The notes beneath the pieces are model-generated. The model had not been told where the DNA came from, did not search any database, and saw only the letters and a list, made by a program, of their open reading frames with translations. 64,000 nucleotides of DNA, taken from NCBI GenBank assembly GCA_963575745.1, contig CAUYUJ010000001.1, forward strand, positions 2,604,001 to 2,668,000, in the 5' to 3' direction. Source of the stretch: Prorocentrum cordatum (lineage: Eukaryota). This document shows, one piece after another, positions 49,200 through 62,587 of the stretch. A program made the position numbers and the translations under genes. How positions within the stretch are numbered: position 1 is the stretch's first letter; each line of letters begins with the position of its first letter.

Positions 49200-49220
49200 T
49201 TAAAGCAAAGTGGCTATGAA
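49200..49220 (-). other. Heavily decayed DinoSL relic
   Basis: TTCATAGCCACTTTGCTTTAA, 15/21 to SL, about 68 nt upstream of the ATG at 49132. Confidence 0.5.
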
Positions 49221-49638
49221 CGACGCGCGGGAGTGGGTGATGATGGATGAGTGGGCGGAGGACCAGGACAAGTTGGGGAATGTTGTTCGCTTCAGCTGAG
49301 CTTGCCTCAAAGCTCCAGGGTCAAGGCCAGCGCCCAGATGAGAGCGACGAAGAAAAGGGTGTCTCACGCATGAGGATACAGTGACCTCAATTATGCGACG
49401 GCTTCAGCAGGCATCCCAAACTGCTCACCACGTGAACACAATACGCCTAAACGCGACCTTGCGCGGGCAATTTGCGCGATAATGCCCGCGCAGCCGACGC
49501 TCCTACGGTGAGGGCATTGGACAAGGAACCGTTGGAGAAGGAATCCAGGGTCTGGAGGCTGGTGGAAAGCCAATCGTGGATTAGCCATGGATAGCACCGC
49601 CGCCCTCATCAGATAAGGAACCCTCCAAGGCACGCTCC

Positions 49639-49739
49639 ATTTCTTGGATCCGCGCTGGGCTCCCCTCCCTGGCGCGCGGAGTGCGCCAGGGGCGGCGCCG
49701 GAGGCGGCGCCAGGGGGGCCCAGCGCGGATCCAAGAAAT
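49639..49739. repeat. Perfect 22-bp inverted repeat enclosing a GC-rich core
   Basis: ATTTCTTGGATCCGCGCTGGGC 49639-49660 / 49718-49739; diverged relative at ~57265-57395. Confidence 0.75.
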
Positions 49740-51171
49740 CCGCGCGGAGCTCCAAAAAGTCTATGTTAATGCCGTTTTTTCTTCTTCGAGCTAAGACGGT
49801 CAAGATGGCCTCCACGACGGCCAGGATGGCCTCCACGGTCGCCCAAGATGGTCCAAGACGGCCTCCCAAGAGGGCCCAAGAGGGTCCGATGTCCCTCCAA
49901 GTCCGCCCAAGAGACCACCAAGACGGCCCAAGATGGCTACAAGATGGCCCAAGACGGTCCCAGAAGCGTCCCATATGGATGGATGTCTGCCGGAGTCGTG
50001 CGCGCTCCGCGAGGGAGCCCGCCCGTGCCCAGTAGGGCATGGCGTGGAGGCCGTGGCCCCAAGAATGTCCCCAAGAGAGGTGGGCACTTCCCGCGGGGGC
50101 CCTGGGACACGCCCTCAGGGGCGGTCGAGCCCCTTCCGAACACAGCGCATTCTTTGTTTCGATGCTCTGGCCCAAGCGGGAGGGCGACGACGAGGACGAA
50201 GGGTGAGGAGAGGGGGGGGCGAGGACGAAGATGCAGATGAGCGGCGCAGATTCTTGGCTGCCCTGGCAGATGCGCGAGAGGGGCCCCCGTTGCGAGGAAG
50301 GCAAGGGGCATCCAGCAGCACTCCGAAGGGAACTCCAACTAAAAGGTCGATGGGGAAAGGCACAAAGAATCTGAAAGGAGGGTCCCGCCGACACTCTACG
50401 CGTGGGTGGTTCGTGGTAACAGATCTTCCAAAATTGTGCTCCTCCGAGATTGCGTCCCCCGTCTCCTACCCCTCGATTGGAGAGTAAATCTTGTTGCCGC
50501 GAGGTGTCAGGGGGTCACTACCAATGCGCTGCCCAGCCATCCACCCCGTTTTCTTCTCTTGTTCCTGCCTTCTAGTCATCATGTTTTGTCGTGGGAACGC
50601 GTGAAGGTAGCTCGCCAGAAAAAAAAACATCCCTCGAGCAAAAACTCGCCGCTCGCGCGAGCCTTCACGCATGCGCCTGTTATTCTCCGTTCGCGCGTGA
50701 ATCGACACACGGCGCATCCTCTTTCGCTCGAACGCGCAAAGAACTATAGTCAATGTCCCATCGGCACGGAGGGCGCAGGGCCCCGAATGTGGACACTGTA
50801 AGACGTAGCCAAGTCAGAACGGGGATCACATCGGGTAAAGATAAATCGAGGATCTCTGAGGTCCGACGGTTCTGGATAATGTCTCGGGCGCCGCGGCCTT
50901 CTCGGAGGGTCCCGGGAAAACCTTACAACGTTCCTGGACGCTCTGGAACGGATTTGTCCTCCTCCTCCTAGCTCCGTCCGGCAGCGTCGCACTTACAACA
51001 AGCGCGCGGGCGCCCGAATTTCCTGCGCGCCTGGGTTCCCGCACGCAGATATGGTGCGGCCGCCGATAGCGGCGGAGGCAGGAAAAGGGGGGCGGAGGGA
51101 GAGGGGGCGAGGAGGGGACGTGGCGCGGCTGAGGAAGAGGGGGAGGGAGGCGGGGGGGGGGGGGGAGGGGG

Positions 51172-51377
51172 CGGAGGAGGAGGAGGAGGAGGAGGAGGAG
51201 GAGGAGGAGGAGGAGGAGGAGGAGGAGGAGGAGGAGGAGGGGAGGAGGAGGAGGAGGAGGAGGAGGAGGAGGACGAGGAGGAGGGGAAGGAGGGGGAGGA
51301 GGAACAGGAGGAGGAGGAGGAGGAGGAGGAGGAGGAGGAGGAGGAGGAGGAGGAATTGGAGGAGGAGGAGGAGGAGG
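51172..51377. repeat. (GAG)n microsatellite
   Basis: Direct reading. Confidence 0.97.
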
Positions 51378-52729
51378 AAAAAGGTGTTTGGCCCGGACAA
51401 GGCCTGATCACAGGTGTGCTGCCAGAGAGGTAGCCACGCCCTGCTACTGTACCTCACAACAAAGGAGCCAGCGTGGCACTGGCGTAGCCGCGCCAAACGC
51501 CACCAGGCCCGACTTCTTCTCTTGTTGAGCAAGTTGCTGATCGTCTGGCCGAATTGAAACAGAAACGTGACAATTGTGTCTCAATCGCATCAAGGCCTTG
51601 ACGGCAAAGATGAAGGAGATAGGAGGCCAGGAGGAACGAGGCAGAGCGTGACTGAGTCTTGTGGAAGAAGGTCCATCGGGGAACTGGAGGACCCAGATAA
51701 TTAGCAAATTGGAAGTGAAATGAGCGACTGCGAGCCACGTGCATGTGCAGCAGGAACCCACCCAGCAGGTGGGATGCCACCACTAGCGCCGATGCCAGCC
51801 CCCGCTCCGCCTACCGCATGGCCCACAGTGGACGCTGCGATCGGCCTTGCTCAGGCAGACCAAGCAACGAGGGCGACGGAGGCATGTCCACCTTTGCCTC
51901 CGCCGCCGCCACCAGCCTCAGCGTAAATCGGATGGAGCAGCTGCTGATGTTTATGATTGACAAACAGCATGCCGCCGATGCTCATAATAACATCGTCATC
52001 GGCCACCTCCAGCCCCAGTGCACAGTGCCGACTCAAGCTACGCCTACGCCACTCGGTTTTCGTGTACCAGGTCAGACACAAGGTCCACAACATTGTCCAG
52101 CGTCAGGAGCAGCACCGAAAAAAACGATCGGATGTACCGCAACACAAGTCACAGCAGTGCCGAAGAGCAGTTTGCCCATCCCGACGGAGGAGCCGCGCCC
52201 GTTCAGCCAGCCCGAGGTGATTGCTTCCAGCCAGCCGCTCTCGTCGACGGAGGTCCCCGAGGATCGATATGGGAGCCAAGTCTAGGAGAAGACCCCAATA
52301 ACCAAGGATTTTAATGCCGCATTTTTGGGCCTACCCCAACCGATGGCCCCCCCCCCAATGCCCAGGAGGATCCCCCGGTGCCCCCGCCCGAAGGGGAGGT
52401 GGAACCCAAGACGGGAATTGAGAAGGAGCTTCGAAGCCCTCCGCCGAAGGTGCCGACGCGGGAGGGCGAACTTCCGACGAATTTCAGTCTGGACCAAACG
52501 CGATCAGGTTAATTAAACCCTTCTCCCAGTGGCGGGGCCGCGAGAAGAGTTCCCCTTCCCCTCGTGCTCTAGTTGACCTGGGATCGCGTCTGAGATCGCC
52601 CGCGGGGCCAGAGAATTCAAAAAACCAACTAATTGCACCTCCCTTGTCTGATTCTGGGGCCCTTAGCTGCCCCGATACACAACGCGCAAAGTAGCGTCGA
52701 CAAACGCACGCACGCATGCACGCACGCAC

Positions 52730-53570
52730 TATTCTTCTACCGCCCAGCCAAGCCCAATGGCACAGGGGGACAGAGAGAGGGAGGAGGGGAGGGAGGAGGA
52801 GACCGAAGGAAAGCGCGGCCTCCAGATGAGGCGAGAACTAATTCCATAATTCGTCCGGCGGGCCGGGGCGCTCTAGCAGCCGGCGGCGCAACGCCGCGCG
52901 CCAACCGGCCTCGCTGCCGCCTGCGCGCGGGGCCCCGAAAAGCAGCAGCCCGGCCGCCTGCGGGGGCAGCGCTGGGGCCCATCCCGAGCATGGGCGGCTG
53001 GCGAAGCGCCCCCAACCTTGCGCCCAGCAACCACGCACCATGCAGGCCACCCAGGCCGGGCCCTGCGAGGCCACGTGCGCCCGCCAAGCTGCGCCCGCGA
53101 ACAGCGCGGCCGCCGCGCCAGGGCGCGATGAGCTTCGGCAGGCGCACCCTGGGTCCCCGGCGGCGCTGCCGCGGCCACGGCGGCCGCGACGGCCGCGTCG
53201 CCCCCCTCGCGGGGCGCGCGGCGGCGGCGGCGGCGCGGCCCGGCAGGGGCGGAGCGTCGTCGCACGTGCGGCCCGCCAGCGCCAGTGTCGCCGTGGTTCG
53301 CTTTCACCGCGGCCAGCTCCACGGCGGCGAACGTGCGCTGCACCGCCTCCAGCGCCTGCAGCTGCCGCAGCCGCTCGCTGACCTGCGCGGGAGGCGGCAA
53401 GCGGCAAGCGGCAGCCTCCCTGGCAAGCCGGTCTGGGGCCGCGTTGCCCTGCCAGTCCTCCGCGGACAGGCCGCGCTCCCTGGCCTCGGCCGCGTCCAAA
53501 GTGGCCCTTGACCCAACGTGCCTGGAGCTGCCCGCTGCGACAGTGCGCGGAGGCGCAGTCCCAAATGTCG
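52730..53570 (-). mobile_element. LINE-E: 5'-truncated LINE 3' end (RNase H C-terminus) in a (CACG)n tract
   Basis: ADIW...RWVKGH...DWQGNAAPDRLAREAA; GCACGCACGCAC on both sides (52718-52729, 53571-53582); A-rich end AGAAGAATA. Confidence 0.75.
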
Positions 53571-54363
<793 letters not shown>

Positions 54364-54454
54364 CCCTTCGTTTCCACATCGGGTCATTTTGAATTCCGGC
54401 CACGAATTAGAAATGCGAGGTGCCGACTTGATGGGGGCGGTAGCCGGTCCCACG

Positions 54455-55621
54455 AATCCCACCAGCCCTCTGGGCGTAGGCAGTCCAGGGTGTTTCCTCT
54501 TCCACCCCCCTTCTTCCTCTTCGGGGAGGGGTTTACCCCTACCCCTACCCCCTCCCCTGGATCTGGACGGGGGGGTTCGCGAGGGGTCGGGGCGTCTAAC
54601 ACGGCCCAAGACGGCTCCAAGAGGACCTCAGAGAGCCCAAGATGGCCTCCAAGATGGATCAAGATAGCGCAAGATGCCTCAAGATGGCTTCCAACATGCT
54701 CCAAGATACCCCAAGGTTCCCAAGACGGCTCCAAGTGGCCACAGAGCTCCACAAGGAAACCCCGAAGAGGCTAACGTCCTACCAACACCTTAGGAAGATC
54801 CATGTTTTTAATTTCTCGCCTTTTCGCTTCGGATGGCCATCCGAGGCTTCAAGATGGCTCTAAGATGGGCAGACAGGGCCCCAAGAAAGGCCCAAGAGAG
54901 CCCTAAGACGGCCCCAAGAGCGCCCAAGAGCGCTACAAGAGCACCAAGATGCGATGTTTGAGGCTCCCGTGGGGGGGCGATAATTGGAGCTCCCCTGTTG
55001 TTTGATCGATGGCCTCCAAGATGGCCTGAAGAGCGCCCCTAAGGCTCCCAAGAGCACCCCCAAAGGGCCGCAAGAGGCACCCAGACGGCTCCAAGAGGCC
55101 TCCACGAGGCTCCCAAGAGACCCCCAAGAGGCCTCAAAATGATCCCCGAGGTACCCAAGACGATCAAAGGCGGCCCCCGGTCCGCAAAGAGCTTCCCCAG
55201 ACGTTTCAAGAGGCATCCAATGTTCAATAAGCTTCCCCAAATCATCTGAAAAGACTCCGAGAGGCGTTTAAGAAGCTTCTGGCTCTTCTGTTCGCCGTCC
55301 GCTTCATCTTCCTCACGAGCTCCTTCTCCTCCCCCTGCCTCCCCCTCCTCCTCATCATCATCCTCCTTCTCCTCCTTCTCGTCGTCCTCGTCCTCGCCGT
55401 ACTCCATCTCCTCCTCATCATTATCATCCTCTTCGTCCTCCTCCTCCTCATATTCCTCCTCCTCCAACTACGACGATTCCTCCTCCATCCTCCTCTTGGG
55501 GTATTGGACAGTCCCCGACGCCTTTTGTTCTTCTGCGTGCCCTCCCGCTTCCCTGATCACTTCAAATCCCCCAGGCATCGTTTCTGGATGGGCTGGTGGG
55601 GATACGCGAAGCGTCAACAAT
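54455..55621 (+). mobile_element. HINE-like family A, copy 2
   Basis: Same 5' AATCCCACCAGCCCTCTGGGCGTAGG and 3' GGGCTGGTGGGGATACGCGAAGCGTCAACAAT as 2011-2993; colinear diverged interior. Confidence 0.72.
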
Positions 55622-56733
55622 ATAAATGAACGCTTCTCACCCATATGATGATTAACCTTGTGACCTTGATGTAGTGCATGCTCATGAGTTAATGGTGTCG
55701 TGGTCGTCGTGCTTGTTGGCTGATGTGTCCGTCAGCCTGTCTTTATTGTTCGCTGACGCGGCCGTCAGCCTTTCGGATCGGTGTTGGGTGCGTGTTGGTA
55801 TGCTGCGCCCGTAAGCGCTGCGGGGAGGTGGACCGCGATAAAGAATTACCAATTGGCTGATGGTGGGTCGGAGAATAATGGCTCATAGTCGTGGCATACA
55901 CATGCAAGCTGACATGGCCGTCGGCATATGTGCTGTTACGTGTGAGCCCGTTTCCTGGCCCTGATCCCTGGAGGGAAGCCGGCGCAATAAGACGTACCAC
56001 CATAGAAATAGTCAGCCGTTCTGTCGTGGAATACTGGTATTCGGATTCGAACCATCCACATGAAGATGAGGCCAGCTCCGCTACCGAGTCGAAAGGGATA
56101 TGGTAACCCATACTAAATACTACGCCTTGAGCGTACCATAGAACCCCATGGTTGATCCATGCAGGAAGTATGAGCCGGTAGACGAGAGATAAAACATGGG
56201 AGTAGAGGGTGCATCGTCGAAGGAAGTGGACGTCTCCTTTTGTCCGTTACTCGGATACAATCGTGCCAAAAGTCTGGGTCAGTCGCATAGAGCGACGTCG
56301 CTTAAGCCCAGGCAGCGGCGGGACGCAGACGCGTCGCTCGCGTTTCGCGTCTGACCTCAATTCAAAATCCGCAGACCAAATGACCACGCAGCGATAACGG
56401 GGAAACCACGAGCTGCAAGAGGAACGGCACGGCCAATCTCTCAGCTGGTGGGGTGGTCACCGCTCAGGGGAGGCGAGGAGGAGAAGGAGGAGGGTCTGCC
56501 GTCCTGCAAGACATGCGACGATGACTTTTTTTCAATGCGCGGCCCCAGACGTCCCGACCGCATCCCCGGGGGCAGTTTTTCGCCCCAGTTCCATCATTGA
56601 TGGTCGGGGGGCCCGAGAAAAAGGGAACAAAAGGCCGACGCCGAAGAGAACTGCCCCGATTGCCAGAGATCTGGGTTCGGTGGCGGACAGCGACTTGATC
56701 TTGAAGCGCCTCCACCGACCAGGACGACACCCA

Positions 56734-56956
56734 AACACACACACAGACACACACACACACGCGCACGCATGCGCATGCACACGCACACACACACAAACAC
56801 ACACACACACACGCACACGCACGCACGCACGCACACACACACACGCACACACGCACACGCACACGCACATGCACACACACACACGCACACGCACGCGCAC
56901 GCGCACACGCATACATACACACGCACACACACACGCACACACACACACACACACGC

Positions 56957-57001
<45 letters not shown>

Positions 57002-57253
57002 CACACACACACGCACACGCACACACACACACACGCACACGCACACGCACACGCACACGCACACGCACACGCACACACACACGCACACACACACACACGC
57101 ACACGCACACACCCACACACACACACACACCCACACACACACACACACACGCACGCACACACACACACACACACACATGCACACACACACACACACGCAC
57201 GCACACAATAAACAACACACACACAACACACAACACACAACACACAACACACA
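56734..57253. repeat. (CA)n/(CACACG)n microsatellite
   Basis: Direct reading. Confidence 0.97.
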
Positions 57254-59033
57254 ATTTCGGAGGGACGCGCGGATCCCTCAGATCGGCACTGTACCCCCTC
57301 CCTGGCGCGCGGAGCGAGCCAGGCAGGGGCGGCGCTGGGGGTACCGCCAGGGGGCTGGGGGGCCCAGCGCAGATCTAAAAAACCCGCGCGGACCTCTGGA
57401 AGTCTATGCCTGTGAGGTTTTTCTTCCTGCGAGTCTCCTCCGACGAGGCCGACACCAAACAGGGGGAGTGTGGCGTGCAAGAGGGGGATCGCAAATCATG
57501 GCCCGTGGCATGAGCGCCGACGAAGGGGGAAGGGGGACCGGGAAACGTGCTGAAAGAGGAAAAGGGCCATGGAGCCCAGGGAGATTTCATGGCCGCGGCC
57601 GTGGTGTGCACGCGCCCCGAGGCCTCCCCCCTGCGTCGGAGGTCCTCAAGCCGTGCGGTGGCCCCGATTTCCCACTGACCCACCACGCGGTGTGGCCACC
57701 AAACGATTTGCCCGCCCCCCCCCCCCCCTCTTGGACGACGGAAGGAGCCCTGGGACACACAAGCAAATACACGCGCAAATAACAGGATCCCCCAGATTCT
57801 CCCATGTTCTCTGGGTCTTCGTCTTCCCCCCCACCTCCCAGATTTCCCCATACTTCCTGGGAGTCGAGGATGAATTGTGCCAGTGTGTGTTTTTGTTCCT
57901 CTCTCTTGGGCGACCTCGGCGGCGGCAGAGGGCCGTACCCGGAAACCCGGGGCCTTGGCGGCGGCGGCGGCGCCTTCTGCTCCGCCAGCGCGCGCCGCTC
58001 CCGCGAGAGCTCCGCGCCGAGCAGCGCCGCAGACCTGGCCGCCGCGCGCCCACCCCCCTCGGGGAAATACGGTGGGGGTAGTGGACAAGGAACCAATGGA
58101 TGAGGAATCCAGGGCCTCGAAGCCAGTGGAACTTCGATCGTGGATTGGCCATGGATATCACCGCCGCCCTTATTAGATAAGGAATCCCCCAGGGTCTGCA
58201 GCTTCCTGGGCGGATTCCTTAACCAACGCCCCCACCGTAGAGGGAATGACGAACGACAGGAAGAATATGTCGGAGGACCGCGCGCACCTCCGGACGTTTG
58301 CGTCTCTCTTTTTTTTCTCCCCTGATGTATGATAGCGGACCGGTGGAAGCGTGCCGGGGATGGCACCACCTCCTCGGGGGCGCGCGTACCCCCCGCACCC
58401 TCTCGCTCGGAGCACCCCCTATCCTTCCCCTTCGGCCCGTCCTTGGCCGTTTTCGCTGGCTGCGCCCCGCTCGCAAAAGATCGGCACGGCCTTCCAAGGC
58501 TCCTGCATCCTTAGACAAGCGCGTTCCGCTACTCGCAAATGGCCCGGATCCGCCGCAGGGGACTTACGATGTATTGCACAAAGGCAGGCGTATGGTTTTT
58601 ATGACGTTTGCGAGTGCGGGCGCGGCCGCAAGAAACACTCGCAAGAAACCCAACCCTGAACACCCGCGCGCGAGGGCACCGGAGGGGAAACCCGGAGCAC
58701 CCTGAACGCAGCAGCTCCTTCAACGGCCGCGGGAAGTCGCCGCGCAGCGCGCTGAACGAAGAAACCCAGGATACCCTGACGAAAATTATATGGTTTCTTG
58801 ATGCGCGTCCCCACTGTAGTGGAACGCGCTCGGCGAATCCTTACCGCCCGTCCTTACCACACGGGTTGACTGTACCCCCAGCTCGGGGAGGCATCGTGGA
58901 CCCCCCTCGCTGGAGGTGGCCCCTCTCCGACTGGCTGGAGCGGGCTCCGCGGAGGAGGGAGGTCGGCGGCGCGCCCGAGGGGGCGGGGCAGAAGGGGCGG
59001 GCCTCCTCAGAAGGGCCTGCCGAGACGCTCTCT

Positions 59034-59055
59034 CGTCGTCGTCGTCGTCGTCGTT

Positions 59056-59099
<44 letters not shown>

Positions 59100-59105
59100 T
59101 GTCGG

Positions 59106-59146
<41 letters not shown>

Positions 59147-59290
59147 TCGGCGTCGTCGTCGTCGTCGTCGCGGCGGCAGCTGCGTCGGCATCGTCGGCGG
59201 CGGCGGCGTCGGCGTCGTCGTCGGCGTCAGCGGCGGCGTCGGCGTCGGCGGCGTCGTCGTCGGCGACGTCGTCGTCGACGCCGACGCCGC
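59034..59290. repeat. (GTC)n microsatellite
   Basis: Direct reading. Confidence 0.95.
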
Positions 59291-60415
59291 CGCTGGCCTC
59301 TCCCGAGCCGCAGAGGGCTTCCCGGAAGGCCAGATGATTTCCGAGAAGCCCCGCCGCCCTCTGAGACGGCCGCCCCCTCTGCCTTCCCACCTCGACGCGC
59401 CACCGAGAAGGGGAGGGAGAGGGAAGCACTTCTTTTCCAGGGGCCACAGAACGGTGAGGCGACAGATCGTGCGATGCCCTAGGAATCCAAGAAGGCCTCA
59501 TCGCACGGTCCGTCATGCCAGAACCGTGCTGTGACCCCGAATCCCCACTGACTCACCACACGGTGAGGTCACCGCACTGTTTGGGCCCCCCCGATTTTCT
59601 AGAGCTTCCCTGAAACTTCTGGGCGCCGGCAGTGTCGCCTGCAGACGCTCGGCAGGCAGCAGCACGCATGGGACCCTTTTTCACTGGTTCCCCCAGCGCT
59701 GGCGGTCGCCAGACAGCCCGCTTTGGACCGTATGGTGGCATCGCGATCGTGATGTGGAGTCCTCGATGTTGAAATCCTACTCACACTCACCCATGCCATG
59801 CGCTGAAACGCGTGGGCAAATCAGCGCACGCCGGTTGCCGCTTTACGGGAATGGCGGCCTAACAGCAATCACTCGTAATCTAGATATTGTGCAGCAGGAG
59901 GGGCAGGACACGCGACAAAACAACAACAAGACAAACGCTTGATTCGCGGGGGAGGAGGATTCGCCAATTAACGGGCTCGCGAACGCTTTGCATTGCAGCC
60001 TCCTTGGAAGGGAAGTGTGGGCCAATCATGTTGATCGGGCACTTTGCCCATTCATGTCTCGGCCACACTAAAGCCCATGCAGGCGTCTGTAGCTGGTCGC
60101 AGGCTTCCATGCGGAAAAATAAAACACTACAATAAATTACATGGATCTCATGCAAAGACGGGTTTGCCTTCCTTCACCAGTCGACCGGCGACGAATCAAA
60201 TTCAATGCCACCCCCCTACCAAACACGCCAACCGGAATACGAAAATAACAAAACAACAAACACACGAAATCCAGACTGGGCAACCCTCAAACTACACCGT
60301 TGATGCTCAACATTATACAAGAACAACGTTCACAAACGTAGCATGGCAACGAGGAGGACAAACAGAGTGATGATGAACCGCACTGCGACACAACACATAA
60401 ACAAAAACATGCCAC

Positions 60416-62026
60416 CTAATTATGCAATCCCACCACGCACTCTACGAGCTCGTCCGGGGTCCCGAAATCGTACAAGCCGGCCTGCGTGTACAGCTTGACA
60501 AGCAGGTCGGTAAGGTGCTCCTTCGTCTCGCTGGGCAGGCCCTCCAGGGAGGCGGGCTGCGCGCCAAACATGATGGGCTTCTGCCGCCTCCCACCGATGA
60601 CATCCTCCAGAGTCACGAGATTCACCTCTGCAAGGAACTCCGCCTGCTCTGGCATGCCACGCCACAGGGAGGCAGCCCACCTCTTGCTGAGGTCCTCGAC
60701 CGAAATCGGAAATTGAGACTTGTTCGGTACATTCGCTGTGGTCCCTGGCAGCCAATTGAAGGAATGAACAGAGTCTGTGTTACCAATTGTGACAGAACCT
60801 GCCTCCCAACCATGCTCGTCCATTTTCTTGTTCAGCTTCTCCTCCCAAGACTTCGAATATGCGAGCTTGAAGTGGTCCAGCTTCTGCACCGAGTGAACGC
60901 ACTCGAAATTACTCCGAGACATCGCCCAAAGAGTATACATGGTAAACTCAGTGGCGCCCTGGCCGCTGTCACCGCGTGCGCCGAACATGTCACATAGAGG
61001 ACCGTCGCACAGGGCACCGATGCCTGACTTCTCGCCGATGTGCTCCAGCATATCAAGCACTGTCTGTGTATGGAATACCACAGGCGTGATAGATGCTGGC
61101 CAGTAACCTTCGGACGGGGGATCCATGCCCAGCGCCTTTGCAGAGGCTTTGTACCAATCAATGTGCGGCACTGGAATCTTATCAGCTGTATACTGCGCTT
61201 GGATTCTTGCAGTATTACATTTCGTGAAGAGGTCGTCTGGCTCCACAGGTCTGATGAGTGTATTTTTGGAGTCCAACACCACGTAGTACGGCGCTTTCAC
61301 AAGAGACGCAGCCTTGAGCTTGAGAACCTGTTGGGCGTGCCATCCACTCAACGAATCTGTGTACTCCATCAGATCCGTGAACTCGATGAGTTGCACGCTG
61401 TGTGTTGCGGAGATTGCCTCGGCGGCCTCTCTGAGTTCGTCGGAGAATTCGGAAGAGTGCTTTGTAGATACCCATAGGAGGTACACATCCCCGAACATAC
61501 CATTCGGATCGTTTACAGACAACGACTTTGCTGTGGTCTTCAGCTTGCACAGATCGCGCTCGAAGAAGGGAATGACCAGGTCGGGACTGGTGGGGAACTC
61601 CGGCGCACAACTGGGGCATTCTGTTGCGCCGGGGTCCTGGGTTGTTCCATCGGCCACACGCACTGACGCCGCCAAACCTTTCTTCTTTTTGGGAGAAGAG
61701 GAGGACGCCGCCAGATCAATCAAGGTTGATGTGATGCCAGCCTGAAGCTGCGACCGCGCCTGGCTGTTCCGGGAGAACCACGCTGCTCCTAGAGCGCCGA
61801 CGATGCCCAAGGTCACAATGCCGGTCAAAGCAAGCGCCGATATGATACGGCGTCGGGGGTCCGCTGCGGCTTGCCTCTGAGTGTTTCCACGTGGAGAAAC
61901 GATCAGCTCCTCCTCAGATGAGAAACTCCCGTCGGTATTGGAGACTGCTTCGCCCAGCTTGATAGACTTCTGGCTCTCAACCTCGGTTGCAGCTTCGAGT
62001 GATGTGCCAAACAGCCTCGTCTCCAT
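60416..62026 (-). CDS. DUF6492-like putative GT-A-fold glycosyltransferase, type II membrane protein, 536 aa, intronless
   Basis: N-terminal TM IISALALTGIVTLGIVGALGAAWF; DLVIPFFERDL; GWHAQQVLKL...YYVVLDSKNTLIRP; intact frame; ATG downstream of the SL relic. Confidence 0.75.
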   Translation of the reverse strand: METRLFGTSLEAATEVESQKSIKLGEAVSNTDGSFSSEEELIVSPRGNTQRQAAADPRRRIISALALTGIVTLGIVGALGAAWFSRNSQARSQLQAGITSTLIDLAASSSSPKKKKGLAASVRVADGTTQDPGATECPSCAPEFPTSPDLVIPFFERDLCKLKTTAKSLSVNDPNGMFGDVYLLWVSTKHSSEFSDELREAAEAISATHSVQLIEFTDLMEYTDSLSGWHAQQVLKLKAASLVKAPYYVVLDSKNTLIRPVEPDDLFTKCNTARIQAQYTADKIPVPHIDWYKASAKALGMDPPSEGYWPASITPVVFHTQTVLDMLEHIGEKSGIGALCDGPLCDMFGARGDSGQGATEFTMYTLWAMSRSNFECVHSVQKLDHFKLAYSKSWEEKLNKKMDEHGWEAGSVTIGNTDSVHSFNWLPGTTANVPNKSQFPISVEDLSKRWAASLWRGMPEQAEFLAEVNLVTLEDVIGGRRQKPIMFGAQPASLEGLPSETKEHLTDLLVKLYTQAGLYDFGTPDELVECVVGLHN

Positions 62027-62093
62027 GGCGCGCGCCCCTCGAAAACACCGCGCTCTTGCGACGAGTCGGCTCGGTGGCGGCGGTTCGAACCGA

Positions 62094-62114
62094 CCTGAGC
62101 CCAAACTGCTACGG
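62094..62114 (-). other. Decayed DinoSL relic
   Basis: CCGTAGCAGTTTGGGCTCAGG, 17/21, abutting the TSD. Confidence 0.85.
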
Positions 62115-62587
62115 GTGACGTGGAGTCCTCGATGGGGAGGGCGGGAGGGAGAAGGATCCGGAGAAAGCGCATAGGGACGCTGACCGTCGGGGGCGTCCAG
62201 GAGGGGGGGCGTCACAGAGGTGGGGCGCAAATCATGGCTGACAGCATTTGCGCGGTCCGGGGGGGGGGGGGCGGGAACGTATTGAAATAAGAAGAGGCGC
62301 CATGACATCTGGGGAGACATCATGGCCCCCGCCATGATACATCCCCGCTCAAGTATCCATCCACCCCTCTAGGCCGCCCCCGATACGGGACCTCATTCAC
62401 CTCCCTGAGCGCCATCCTGTGCACAACCAGATCAAGATCACGGGCGCGCTCAGGTTCTAGTCGAAGCCCATACTTCCTCCAAGGCCCCCTGAGGACCGCA
62501 GTCATGTCTACCAAGCTTCCCTGCGAACAAGCGTTCACAAGCGAAGGCACCAAGGCGCTAACGTGAATGTCCATGGGGACCTGCATG

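Larger units (their letters stand above)
59769..62114 (-). other. Complete retroposed mRNA (SL relic to 3' UTR) flanked by 20-bp TSD
   Basis: GTGAYGTGGAGTCCTCGATG at 59749-59768 and 62115-62134 (one C/T mismatch). Confidence 0.88.

Noticed and set aside
51380..52320. Possible decayed LINE ORF1 after a (GAG)n tract
   Set aside because: Coiled-coil and Q/P-rich feel, but no SL, zinc finger or ORF2 motif to support it.
55640..56200. Lower-GC segment with a 122-aa ORF
   Set aside because: No recognisable domain, SL or boundaries.
62027..62335. N-terminal extension of the 639-aa ORF
   Set aside because: Runs through the SL relic and TSD into flanking repeat; the real start is more likely the ATG at 62026.
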